A stretch of 64,000 nucleotides of DNA. Origin: Oculina patagonica. Taxonomy: Eukaryota. Below, in pieces: positions 1 to 12,400 of this stretch. The first letter of the stretch is position 1. Each line of letters begins with the position of its first letter. The notes beneath the pieces are model-generated. The model ran no database searches, was not told where the DNA came from, and was given only the letters and a program-made list of their open reading frames with translations. The stretch is from assembly GCF_052425735.1 (NCBI RefSeq), contig NC_135764.1, forward strand, positions 19,282,001 to 19,346,000. The letters are read 5' to 3'. A program made the translations under genes and the position numbers.

Positions 1-2041
1 GGGCGGCTGGACTCAAGCACAGCACGTACTCTCTCTTCAGTGGGACCAATCCCGTACTTCGATACCAGTAGTCCCATGAAAACCACCTTGTCCATTCGGA
101 ACTGGCATTTCTCTGCATTGAGGGTGAGGTTCTTCTCCTCCAATCTCTGCATCAATCTATGGAGATTCCCGTCATGCTTCTCATCGTTCTTGCCATGTAC
201 TATCAAGTCATCCGCAATATTCTGAACTCCGCCAACATCTGATATCACTTGCGTAACTATCTGCTGGTACTTTTCGGGTGCAGAGTTTACCCCGAAGCTC
301 AATCTCTTCTACCTGAATAGTCCATCATGTGTGGCAAATGTGGTTATGTCTCGAGAGCCCTCATCTAACTCTATCTGGTGAAATCTAAGACGGAGGTGCA
401 ATTTCGAAAACACTGTACTGCCGTTGAGATTCTCCAACACTTCATCCACAGTTGGTATAGGGATCCTTTCGCGAATAATAGCTTCATTTGCCTTTCTCAT
501 GTCCACACACAACCTGATATCCCCTGATGCCTTTGGCGTAATCACCACCGGACTAACCCACGACGTCGGCCCATCTACCCGCTCCACAATATCCTTGGCA
601 ATGAGGTCTTCTACCTTCGCAGTTACCTTCTCTCGCAGTGCAAATGGAACACGCCTTGGCTTCTGAGCTATCGGTGTCACATCTGGGTCAACATTTAATT
701 TCAACTGGTAGTCCTTAAGTTTACCGACACCAACAAACACCTTTGGGTACTTAGCCTGAAGGGCTAGGGCTAGGTCCTCTCTGACAACATTGCACTGCAC
801 AGATCCACCACTCGCACCCAAACCGATTCGTAGCAGACCCAGGGCCTTTGAAGTTTCATGACCCAGCAGACATCTTTCAGTCTTGGTCACCACTAAGTGT
901 GAATTTATCTTCTTGTCACCCGCTGAGATCTCAACTTGAACCTGACCGATTACTTCTAGCTCCTTTCCACCATATGCATACAGCTGCTTGCGGCAATCTT
1001 CCATTTTCGCAGTAAGGCCTTGTGCATTAAGTTCGTCATATTCTTTCATTCCTATGAGGTTGCTTACTGAGCCAGAGTCAATAAGCACTCTTGTTGTAAT
1101 GCCACTAACACTTACTTCTACTACTGGTTCTTTAGAACTGGTTACATTGCATGTTTCCTCTCTACTCTCAGTCACTGCGAATGCAAAAGCACAGTCCTCC
1201 TCACTATCAGATACCTCTTGATCACCCACAAAGTTAGTATTGTGATTTGGACGTTGCTGGTTTGTTTTACTTTTGCTTCCATAACTATCACTATTTCCCT
1301 GACAACACAAAGCAAAATGACCATACCTTCCACATTTTGCACATTTCTTTCCCTTCGCTGGGCAGTTCCAGTCCCTTGCCAGATGCCACTCTCTTCCACA
1401 ATTGTAGCACTTTTTGTTTTTCTCATCCCTTTTTCCTTGTCTCGTCTTGACTGCATTGACACTGTCTTCCTCTACTTGCGGTGTCGGTGGGCTCACCGTC
1501 ATGTTTGTTGCCTGTCGCCCCGCCGCTTCCCATGCACGAGCTTTATCTAGCGCCTCTTCTAGTGTAATATTCCTTTGTTCCAACAGCTTTCTCTTCAGTT
1601 CAAAATCCGTTAACTTCTCGATCAGCTGATCCCTCAAATTGTCGTTCAAACTCGTTCCAAAATTGCAGTGTCGGACCTGTTTTCTTACCGAACCATAAAC
1701 TGGTCAGCAGTCTCTCCATCTTATGGTGTAAGTTGGCGAAAAACATGGCGTTCGTAGGGAATGTTCTCCTCGACTCGAAAGTAAGAGTCCAGCTTGCGAA
1801 TGGCAATTTTGTAAGCATTGTCACCCTCCTCTGGGACAGGGCCAGGGTCTTGTAGATCTTCAAATATGTCCTGTACTTCCATCTCGGCGAAATGCAAGAG
1901 TTGAGATGTCTTCTTACGGACATTCTCGATGCCCTTTCCCTCGGCATAATATTCAAACGCACGCTTCCATTTACGCCACCTCTCCGCGACTTGCGAAGCC
2001 GGTCCGGTTAAATCCAACGGCGGTAAGTGCTTCTCAGTCAT
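1..2041 (-). pseudogene. Disrupted gag-pol polyprotein of the Gypsy element
   Basis: ATG at 2041. In-frame TAA at 1721-1723, frameshift near 1690 and TAG at 309-311 (DGLFR*KRLSFG). RT motif A reads FSKLHL instead of FSKLDL. The RT frame continues from 308 to the window edge. Confidence 0.9.
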
Positions 2042-2048
2042 ATTTGGA

Positions 2049-2063
2049 CCATCCTCGTCGCCA
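2049..2063 (-). promoter_or_regulatory. Primer-binding site complementary to the 3' end of tRNA-Ser(GCU)
   Basis: Minus strand TGGCGACGAGGATGG lies 1 nt inside the LTR. The plus strand CCATCCTCGTCGCCA matches the 3' end of metazoan tRNA-Ser(GCU) plus CCA (from recall). Confidence 0.85.
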
Positions 2064-2064
2064 A

Positions 2065-2226
2065 TGTAGTATTCTTAAAGGCCACAAAGGCCAGCAACTC
2101 GATCTCACAAAGTAGCACTGTCACATACGCACTAAGCATACCAAACACAATCCTTCGCTTGACACGTGACCACGGTTTCCCGCGCTATGAGAGTCCCGGA
2201 TGTCTATACAAATGTACAACACTACA
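2065..2226 (-). repeat. 5' LTR (162 bp)
   Basis: Bounded by TGTAGT...ACTACA inverted termini and abuts the PBS. The partner LTR is outside the window. Confidence 0.8.
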
Positions 2227-3247
2227 CATATCTTCACACGTGAAAATAACATGTTATTTTAATTTCACATGTAAAGATATCGATTTCGAAACATTTTTGA
2301 CAAGTTTGCCCTGTTTCAATGCTGAATGAGCCAAAGTAAATCGATATTTAGTCGAAACATCTTCGGATCTTTCTCGGCAATCTTCGCATATCTTCGGAAG
2401 ATTTCGGAAAATGTTCGGACAGGTTTGCTTCATGTGGTCTCCTATCCTGGGTCGTTTTCCCGCACTTAAGACACTTGAGATCACATTTGGGCATTAGAGT
2501 TAAGTCTCTGCTTTCCAGGTTACAGTTTTCTGTCCTTGCAGACTTTACGCTTTCGATATTTGAAACTGGTAGTCCAGGCATTTTATCGCCTAAAATAGGT
2601 CAACCTGTTACTATTTGTAACATAAGCGTTTTTAACGCCTTTTGGTCCGGAAACATGTCCTCTAAAACATATCAAAAGTCTCTTAAAATCTCAGCACGGG
2701 AAGCTGACTAAAAATAAGTTTTATTAGAACCCTATAGATTTCAGTTTTAATATTACAAGTAAATTAAATAAAGTAATTTATAAATTAGGTAAGTCCAATT
2801 ACATGCAGATTTCATCAAATAATTGCTTACATAAGATTCTTAAATCTGTAAAAAATAGACAAAGCCTACAGAAAGCGTCTACGTTGTTATAATTTGCTTA
2901 TCCTTTTGAGGTATTTAGCAAAGAAATTTGTCTTCTGCTAGCAAAGTTAAAAGTTAAAAAAGTTTTCAAGCTAAAAGAAACATTATTGGATGCTATGTGT
3001 TAAAGTAATGCAGTTAAAAAAAAATCATTGTGACCTGAGTAGTGTTATCGCATCGTGTGTTATCTTTTTCTCATAACTTAGAAATGTCTGAATAAAAACC
3101 TCAGTTCTAAAAGACAAATTTATCTGAACAATAAATAAGCTTTGAACAAAAAACAATTTGTCTGAAATTCATTATCAATGAAGACAAAAGTTCGGAAAGA
3201 ATAGAACCCAACTTTAACAAAAATTCAAGAAACCCAATTTAAGTCAC

Positions 3248-3688
3248 ATTGGCCGTTTTTATGCTAGAGACGTTTATGCTGTCTTAGACGTTAAAGCTGT
3301 CTCGAGACGACATTAGCGTTTAGTATAAAAACGGTAAATAAGACAGACGCCTTTTACGTCTGATGGCTTTAACGTCTTTTCGTAAGAGCGTCTGAACGAC
3401 GCTCTTATCGGACAGCTTTAACGTCTCAGACGTTAAAGCCGTCTAGTATAAAAACGGGACGTCGTTAACTAGTATTAAAACAGTAAATAAGACAGACGCC
3501 TTTAACGTCTGATGGCTTTACGTCTTCGTGTCCAGTGTCCAACGAGTGTCGAACCCAGTCTTTTTTTATTTTTTTTTCTGAAAAGCTGTCTACTAAATGC
3601 GTCCCGTTTTTATACCAGACGCCTTTAGCGTTTTAGTCGTTAAAGTCGTCTAGACGACATTATCTTCTCTAGCATAAAAACAGCCAAT
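3248..3688. mobile_element. MITE with ~23-bp TIRs and internal sub-repeats
   Basis: ATTGGCCGTTTTTATGCTAGAGA ... TCTCTAGCATAAAAACAGCCAAT; internal repeated AGACGTTAAAG and TAGTATAAAAACGG motifs in both orientations. Confidence 0.75.
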
Positions 3689-4103
3689 ATTTACGCAATC
3701 ATCAACCTAGACGTTACCGAGTACCACATAGCTGTAGATAGAATCAGAGATTGAGAGTATGTTTTGGGCAAAAAGCTCTCTTTATACGTCTATCATCGTC
3801 TTGTTGTCTGTTACACGTTCTATTTTGCCTATGAATGAAACAGAAAAGAGTGTTATCTTTGATGCTATCTTTGATGGCGAGGGCGAGGTCGCATCACTAA
3901 GAGAAAAGGGAAGCGCCGGAATAATCGGGCGAGCACAGAGCGAAATGATTCCATCACTACGGTTCCTGGGCAGCAGGTTCATCAAAACTGCCGGCGAGTG
4001 TATTGTCTGCCAAGTAACATCAAGCGAGCCAACTAATCATGGAACAAACGAGTCTCTACTTTGCAGCTTCTATTATCAGTGCCACATTTACATTTCATTG
4101 ACA

Positions 4104-4290
4104 TAATGTGACTTGCGCGATGCAGTCGTTGTGTCACCCACAAATGACCACTGCTCACCATAAGAGTTCTCAGTAGCTCAGTTCTTAGAGCGTCCGACTA
4201 GTGTACGGAAGGTCGTGGGTTCGAGTCCATCTGTGAACTCAGAATTTTTTTTCTGAGTTCTTTCTCTCCACACATCAATCCATTATTATT
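4104..4290 (+). mobile_element. tRNA-derived interspersed repeat (SINE-like; pseudo-tRNA at 4164-4240)
   Basis: GAGTTCTCAGTAGCTCAGTT (A box) ... GGTTCGAGTCC (B box) ... GAACTC, then a T run. Similar to the units at 62519-62844. The cloverleaf is imperfect. Confidence 0.7.
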
Positions 4291-6640
4291 TACTCATTTA
4301 CATTTCTTAATTAATAATAATTATAATATTGTTTTTTTCATTTAGCTCATATAAATGTGTACATTTTTTTTTCGTGTTCTTAATAACAAGGAAAGAAGAT
4401 ATTACAGATCTTTGTAGTTAAGTTCGTATTAAGCTGGGGAACTAGATGAGCCGGTAGGTCAATTTATGGTATTCGTACAGCAAATTGTAAGCTCCGTCAA
4501 GTATCCGTATCAAAATCTTGTCAACCGTGGTCCTAGTCCCCTGAGAAATGAAAAAAGAGAATTTTGTTTGTTTGTTTGTTTTTTCTCTCTTTCCATTTTC
4601 TCTTTTTGCCTTCTATTTCTCGTCTTAATTTAGTTTTAAATGACCTTATTTTCGAGTTCCGCCAAGGCCTGTCGGGCTGTGAAAAATTATTTTCGAGAGC
4701 GGGTCCCCCTCTTCATCCTTGGAGTCTGAATGATCGGGTCCCACTTACCTGGGAAGAAAGACATTGTAAAAGATAGAAGTAAGCTATTAAAAGTAAGGTA
4801 ATAATATTATATGTCGTATATTGTAATGTCGTAATGTAATTATCTTGTCTTTTTTTTCTAATAATAAAAAAACGTTAACAAAAGTTACCGTATCCAGTTT
4901 GCCATGTGCGTGGTACAGCCCAAAAACTGAACTTAAAACTAGAAAATCACTTCTTACATTTAAAAACATTTATGGATGCGTGCTTAGTAAAAATAACAAT
5001 TAGTGAGGATTGACCAGGATTGCGGATCATCGAATTCCCTGAGCAATGTTTTTGGCTAGAATCGATATTTTCAAGGATTCATGATCCAGAAATTAGCTGG
5101 AGAATGCAATGATCCACACTTATTGCTTGCTTGTTTTATGATTCTTCATTACCTTTTCATTTTTTATAGACAGTCGCCTTCCTTACTCGCACGCAGCATT
5201 TTTCTTCACCAATTTTCCTCAAAAAACGCATCCGCGGCCCCTTGAAAGAAAATGCTCAGATTGACTTCAACTGCAATCCGGCAACGGCCTGGGAACGAGG
5301 AATTGCGTTACCTCCTTTCTCGGAAAAACCAGAAGTATAAACTTAATGAGTAGATTTGCACCAATAAACAGTGATATCTTCAGAGTTCTCTGCTAAGGAA
5401 ATAACGAAGAGGAAGTTAGTGGCTTTAGCTGGCTTTGAAAAGGTAAAAACATTTGGCCTACTAGTGGGAAGAAGTGGGATTGGGATTTCACCAGAAGGCG
5501 GAATAGCTCACTGAAGAACCACACTAATTTTAGGCTTGGTTGGCGTTGCATGATTTGTTTGTTACACGAATATTCCCAATATTCAAACTCCAAACTCAAT
5601 CCGCTATTCGGCGTTAAGTACATTTATTTCTTTACGGAGATTGAGCACATGATTGTGCGGTTGCATTACACTGTATTTATTCTGCAATATCGCGCGAGCT
5701 AGTTGTGTAGCTGCTGTACCTAGTACTGAAGAAATGGACCTTCGATATTTGGAATACAGCTGATTTGCGAAAATTTATGAATACCGTACTAACTTCTGTA
5801 AAATTCACTGAATTTGAAGAGCCCTAATTTCGCTATTTTGCAAGTTATGGCTATCAAATCTGACCATTTTACCAATTTCTATGCAGCAGTGTTGGTAGAT
5901 TTTCGCTACTTGTCCACAAACATGGAAGGTTCTCGTCGGAACGCGTCTAGACATGTAATCATGATCGATTCTCGTCGCTTCGATTCTTGAATCCGTGACA
6001 AACAGACAAAGCCAACAAAAACTCCTAAACAGCAACCAAGACGAAGCTCCTAAACTTCACCAACATTTTTCAAATAACTTAAAAGGATACCTTTCGATAA
6101 CACAATTATTTTGATTTAAAACGATGTCACTTGCATGTGAGCTGTACGGTTGTCTGAGTAAGCGGAAGTCATAATAATCATTTTTACATTCCTTCCGTAA
6201 ACCGAGACAGCATTGTTTTGGCTTTTCGTTGCCGACGGTGTTCATACTAACGCGCGCAGAAACTACCTAGAGACCGGTGAGCGGGAGGGACAATGAACTT
6301 TATGCAGGGAATAAAGGGGGGCACAAAAGGGCACATAAATATAAGCAGGCATATAAGGGAGGTTGGGAGTGGGTAAGGGGGGGAGAGGGTCAACAAAAAT
6401 GTGCTTCATAAAAGGGGAGAGACAGGAGTATTTGAAGATAGTCTCCCTCCCAAGTTGCACCAGACCTCCCCACTTCTAAATAATGACCAGTCCCTAATAT
6501 GTAAATGAACTGTAATTTTGGAAATCGCTGCCTGTTTTAAATAATGTTTTCAATAACGAAAAATCGAAATATTCCTGACCAAAGATCTGTTAATGCCTAC
6601 CAGAGAGCTAAGCTTGATCTAATAGATCAAGACTTTCGCG

Positions 6641-6727
6641 AGGCTCGATTTCCAGCCGATTTGTGAGCCCGCGTTCCTGGGAGGAGGATGACGCACCGGA
6701 CTCCCAGAACGGCTGGAAATCGAGCCT
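6641..6727. repeat. Short hairpin/MITE with a perfect 18-bp inverted repeat
   Basis: AGGCTCGATTTCCAGCCG (6641-6658) and CGGCTGGAAATCGAGCCT (6710-6727). Confidence 0.75.
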
Positions 6728-7880
6728 AGACTTTTGCTGGCATTCCTCAATAACCGTGCCGGGGACGGCTTGGTTTACGGTTTTTCCCCGTAAAGGCTTT
6801 CCCCGGGATGACCCCGCCCTCACTAACTGCCCCTGGGTCTCCAAAGATGATAAATATTAGAAGAATAATTTATTCTTCTAATAAGTTTCCCTAAGTTGGA
6901 ATTTAAAGTGCTGATTTCAAGCTCATCTGCCCTTAACATACCTTTTAAGACATGAAAAGACTTAAAGTTGGTATATTGTCACCTGGTTCCTTTAAACATA
7001 TGCCCTCATGCAAAACAAGGTTAAGTGCGGCCAGATCTGTACGCGGATTTTTCTATAAGAATCAGAAACACATCTACGTCTGTTCGCTACAAAAAATTAC
7101 CAACATCAAGATTAAATAGGATTAGTCCGTCTGCGTAAATAGGATTAGTCCGTATCGCAATGGCAACGTACAATACTCGCAAATGACAGCAAATGAAGTA
7201 ATTAGGCATATGACATAAAAAAAATTAACTCCATTTAAAGTAGTCATGCACTTAGCTACATGCAGAGTCTACGGTGCCTCTAATTAAGAGGCACCAGCTA
7301 ATTCGCAGGCATTTCACTACAAATGGCAATTATAAATGAATGAATTGAATTGGTAACGAATGCTTGTAGCTATCAACGTAGGAAGAAAATTAAACTGCCA
7401 TGTTTCGTCTGCTTAACCCTTTTGGGGATAAAAATGTAAATAAGTTTTCTCTCCCCTACCTTTGTTTGTATTGTGGATATACATTGCGCCTCGGAAATAT
7501 TTGATAAGCCCCTCCTTTGCCCTCTCTGCTCCTCCGATGGTCCCCCAAATGATACGCCTCTAAGCCTGGGATGCTCGAGGAAGCACATCTGTTATTCCAC
7601 CGGACTAAATCTGGCACCGAGAAAACAGTTGTCCAAATTAACCGCTAGTCAGTGTTGTATTAAAAATCAAATTTGCAACTGTTGTCAAACCTATATGCGA
7701 ACATTCCTAAACAAGTCTAAATATATATTTGTTTTGAACTCACTTCGAAATAACACAGTTGAACAAATACGTTGTCCATGCGTCAAAGAATTTCTTTAAT
7801 TGCTTAGAACTATTGACTTGCTCTTTATTGGAACTTTTCATTGTGTCACTGACTTGACTCTGAATGTACTATGTCCTTAG

Positions 7881-9467
7881 ATGAGACCTTCACATAGTTG
7901 GCTGTTAGGAAGCAAAAGCCATACTGATGACAAAAGTTACCGTGTCTTACCAACTCCACCACCAACTCCAAGACGTGACATCTATTCAGCATCCTCTAGA
8001 AGGTATGGTTTTACTTCGCCTTCTACTGGTGACACTTACAAATCAACCAGTAGTTCTACAACGTCATCTAAAAGATACGATTATGCTATCAGCGCTAGTG
8101 ACGCGTCACGCAAAACCATTACAAGAGGTACCTGGCGTTCAGTACCATCAAGAAGCCATCTAGATGTTAGTAATGTTGACTGGGTATCTAAGGATGAAAA
8201 CAAAGTTAGATACATTGCAACTTACAGTGATGATTGGGGGAATAAAGTTGTCATTTCTGAACCTCTAAACCCGTGGCGAGAACTAGGTCTCCAATCATCC
8301 GACGTGTCTTATGGGGCTATCAAGGCGGCTTTCAGAATGAAAACAACCCAGGCCAGTCGCCAAAATCGTGCAATGGTATCTGTAGCCTGCCATATTCTTA
8401 CGTCGTCAGCTGATAGGTACATGCGAAAACACGGCACAGACGAGTATCTCGTCAGAAAACATGACCACTTCATCCTCGCAGCATGTGGTCATACGCAACA
8501 GCTCAACCGTGAGATTGCTAAGAAAGGAAATCTGATAGAAGATAGAGATGAACACGGACGGACTCTGCTGTACACTGCAAGCAAGTCGGGTTTCTATGAC
8601 ACGTGCAAGTTGCTCCTGCAGAAAGGCGCGGATGTTGATGAAGCACAAAAAAATGGAAGCACGCCCCTTCATGCTGCAGCATATTTTGGTCATGCACAGG
8701 TCGTTGATGTTCTATTACAACATGGAGCAAGACCTAATATCAGAAACAACTGGGGAAATACTGCCCTGGACGAGGGCGCCAACATTGAAATACGAAGACT
8801 AATCCAAACCGCCTCGGCCGACCAGATTTTGTCTCTTGCTGCAGAGCTCAGAGAAAAGCAACTTGTGTCGAGTGTGCGAGTTATTGAATATACGGGTGAG
8901 GTCATTGCAAGGGAACTTATTCGTGACCCTCGGGTTCTTGACACAAAAACGAGAAGAGAGTGGAATACTATTCACCGAACATGGGAACTAGTATGGCATG
9001 GCACTCGTTATGCCTATTTGCCATCGATAATAGAGAAGGGCCTTCTCCCCGCTGGTTCAAGTGGCATCAATCCTGAAGCAGGCCACTTCCGGCTTGGTGA
9101 AGAGCATTTTGGCATACCTAACTGGGCAGCAGCAATCTTTGTCTCTCCAAGCATTCTTTACGCATCACACAAAGCTTATTCGGATCGAGTCTTTTCCGAA
9201 TCCCAGCAATGGTGCGTCCTTGTCAAGGCTTACTGTAAACCCGGCACTATAAAATCATATGACCCTACCGTTCTCAAGTATGAGCCGATGGAGGACGAAC
9301 CTGCTGCACCAGAGTACCGTGTGCCTGTCAGTGAAGCTGACAAAAATGTCATTTTGCGTGTTGAGTCAAGGCGCAAAGTTGTCGTCCGATCTCTGATGTT
9401 TGTCCGTGTCAGCTTTCTTGAGAATCAAGGCATTAACTTTGAGCAAGCAATTAAACTCTTGCGCTAA
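7881..9467 (+). CDS. J-like domain / ankyrin-repeat / ADP-ribosyltransferase-like protein, copy 1 (528 aa, intronless CDS)
   Basis: Uninterrupted ORF. J-like segment LNPWRELGL..VSYGAIKAAFR..AMVSVACHILTS at ~8265-8410. Ankyrin repeats DEHGRTLLYTAS, NGSTPLHAAAYFGH and NWGNTALDE at ~8480-8810. ART motifs WHGT (8994-9005), AIFVSPSILYA and PEYRV (9309-9323). Splice acceptor TCCTTAG directly precedes the ATG. Confidence 0.85.
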   Translation: MRPSHSWLLGSKSHTDDKSYRVLPTPPPTPRRDIYSASSRRYGFTSPSTGDTYKSTSSSTTSSKRYDYAISASDASRKTITRGTWRSVPSRSHLDVSNVDWVSKDENKVRYIATYSDDWGNKVVISEPLNPWRELGLQSSDVSYGAIKAAFRMKTTQASRQNRAMVSVACHILTSSADRYMRKHGTDEYLVRKHDHFILAACGHTQQLNREIAKKGNLIEDRDEHGRTLLYTASKSGFYDTCKLLLQKGADVDEAQKNGSTPLHAAAYFGHAQVVDVLLQHGARPNIRNNWGNTALDEGANIEIRRLIQTASADQILSLAAELREKQLVSSVRVIEYTGEVIARELIRDPRVLDTKTRREWNTIHRTWELVWHGTRYAYLPSIIEKGLLPAGSSGINPEAGHFRLGEEHFGIPNWAAAIFVSPSILYASHKAYSDRVFSESQQWCVLVKAYCKPGTIKSYDPTVLKYEPMEDEPAAPEYRVPVSEADKNVILRVESRRKVVVRSLMFVRVSFLENQGINFEQAIKLLR

Positions 9468-12400
9468 AAAAGAAACCAAGAAGCTCTCATCGACTATGAT
9501 ATTAATATCAGATATCAGCATCAATATTCATATCGTTCACTATGAGCAAAGAGGGCTAATTCAACTACACTTAAAAGAAAATACTTACCCAAACGTATAA
9601 GGTAAAGTACTAAATGGTACCAAGCTATCTTGCAAAATAACAAATGTATTACAACCTACGAAATATGAAAACATTCCTAGAGATATTTGGGTCCATTTTT
9701 GCAATCCAAACTAACTATAGCTAGTTTTAAAAGCTCTCAAGAAAATGATTATCGGTAAAAAGACTCTAAAATTACACGACAGCAGCCGTACATCTTGTAT
9801 AAATTATGCAACACCTATAGTGTTGCATAAATAATCAATTCATTTTTATCCACTTTATTCTAAATTGTATATATTTTAGTTCTTATCTTTTTCTCTTAAT
9901 TTGTGCACATACGACGACTGTTGGACGTTTTTATTTTAGATTTTTGAGATGTTATTTTTCCTGTTTTTAGTGTCCTCGGTTAGTGCCAAGTTTCACTACA
10001 ATGATTTGACACTTAAAAATAGGTTATTTTCTTATATGCGACATTGTCTGCTAGAAAGTTCCATATTTGCTCACTTATTGCAGTTTAGATCTATCATACA
10101 GATAACATATAAACGTTTCAACGAACCAAAATATTATTTAGCTTTTGAGTAACGCCAAAGAGTTTATGTACAATAAAAGTGAATTAAAACATAGACGATT
10201 GTGGACATGTCTTTATCATTTGAACTTTTGGGCAATTTAAGTCAGGCGTCATAAGTAGGGTACGGAAAGCGTATACAGTCAGACCTGTCCTCTTTAATAA
10301 TGAAAATTATAACCAACCCTCAGCTTTTCAGACAGTTTCTAATTTGCGGCACTGTTGCGGGGTTTATTCAAATATAATTAGCTTGGAAGAACAAAGGAAA
10401 GAGAGCCATGTGAAATAAAGGCATGCGCAGTTTCTTAAATAACAAGCAGAGTTAGTGTCGCACTCGCCAACCTTTCAAACCTTATTTTTGTACTAGTCTT
10501 TGTATATGCTTTGATGAATGATTTTTCTTCCGTCATTAACGAAATCGTTCATAAACACGACTAATCGTTTCGAGTTTTTATTGCTGTTATGATAATCAAT
10601 TTGATGATCATCATTTCGAGGCGGGGGGAGGGGGGGGGGAAGAAACTTGCTTTGTTAAACGACTCAAAAATGCGGCATAGCAGTGCCGGTCAAACGAGTG
10701 TGCGCAGTAGCTATCGAATGGTTGATAAAGGCGTAGTGAAAAGCTTGACAAAGTTCATTGTTTAGTTCGCATGTTTCGGTCTTGACCGTGCACAAAACAC
10801 AATAGCTATTTGCATTTTGTTTGCTCCTTTAAAACTTGCCGAACACCAAAACAACAAATAAACAGTGATAACGGTGACCAGTCTGGCAAAAGTAGGGCTT
10901 GCGAATTATACTAATTAAAAATAACTCCAATGATTCTGAAATGATTTACCCTTTTTTGGTTGTTAAATGTCAACCTTGACAAATTTTCCCTTGTTATTCC
11001 ACGCCGCCAAAACAGTGACGTGAAACATCAGGTGAGAAATCTGGTTAAAAAAATGCAGAAAAACATCTCAGCGGCGTGAAACATAAATCGCAAAAACCAC
11101 CACTGTTCGCATTTTACACGCATGCAGTCATTGATATTTAAATCTTTCTGTGAAAATCAAAAGTTTGGGTGACGTCTTTCTTAGCAACGGCTTGATTGAC
11201 ACAGACTTGCACCGTTTCCAGGCACCGTTATGCCGTCAAAGAAAGTGCCGACTTTCTTTCCCTTGTTCCGAGGTCACTAAACACTGCAGCTCGTCTATTC
11301 ATAATGGTATAGTAACTCTTCCTTTTCTGGTGCTTTAAAAAAAATTCTTTCAAATATTACATCGAAAATAGCGTTTCTAGTAGTGTGTATTTTGTTTTAG
11401 ATATAAAAACATCAAACTATCTGTCTGTCTGTCTGTCTGTCCGTCTATTTATCTTTCTTTGCTAATAAAAAATGTAGCAAAAAGTAACTACTTCTTTTAA
11501 GAAATATCCAGTAAAGCATGCTGGAAATTGTGTTTTCAATAATTAATTTTTAATACTTAACTCTTTCTTCCCACCCCCACCCACATAACCAGGCGTTGCG
11601 TCTGAACCCTTTGTTTAAAAAGTGTTAAAAAAACCTGCATCCTTGCGCCGCTGAGATTGCATGCAATATTGTAAATACGACTCTAACAAAGACACTTTTG
11701 AGTAATAAATTGGTTCGCTTTTATTTTAAAGGAATTTACCCCGTAATAAAGGTAGCAAGAAAATGAATAGTTCACAACAAAACTTCAGAAATATCCTAAG
11801 TGATCAAAGACATGACGAAAGTTCGAAAATTCAAACGTCGAGCTTGTTCATACTAGCTCATAACTAATTTTAAGTTGTACTCAGCCCCACAAGCTTAGTG
11901 GCATTAAACTTTTTACCGTGGATAGATAAATTATACCAATGTTTCAGAAACAAACCAAGCAAAATCAAATTCCGGTTTTCGGGTATTGACGTCATCAAAA
12001 AGTGACGTCGTCAAACGTTTATCCCCGCCTTAATCGAACTTAAAAGCATTGCAGTCGTCAGATACAGATCTTAATATCGTTTTGTCTTCCTGATGATTAT
12101 CTTTTCGTTTTTTTTTTCAGGTTTTTGCCTTTGCTAAAACGTATTGACATTGTGGTAACGAGCGTTCTTTTGATTGTGTTGACATTGTGGTAACGTGCGT
12201 TCTGCTGATGGTTTCGTTTCTGAGGAAACAAAACAAATTTAACAGCTAATGACGTCTCTGGAAAGCATTTGCGGTCACTTGAAATAGTCGATATAGGTTT
12301 ATTGCCCTTTCACGACCGGCCGCCATCCCGCAAAGGCCCTGGGGACAAGGCAGGAGAAAACTGCCGCTTCCGTCATCTTTCGCCGAAAGCCGGAAGTCAC

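Larger units (their letters stand above)
1..2226 (-). mobile_element. Ty3/Gypsy LTR retrotransposon (Mag-like clade), 5' portion; continues beyond the window start; defective
   Basis: Minus-strand order is LTR, PBS, gag, protease, RT. Gag has two Zn knuckles (CYNCGREWHLARDWNC, CAKCGRYGHFALCC), the protease has LIDSGS, and RT shows WVSPVV, IRLCVDMRKAN, RLSFGVNSAPE and NIADDLIVHG. Confidence 0.95.

Noticed and set aside
4164-4240. Functional tRNA genes here and at 62580-62657 and 62712-62790
   Set aside because: The stems are imperfect, the copies differ from each other, and similarity extends into the flanks. This indicates a repeat family.
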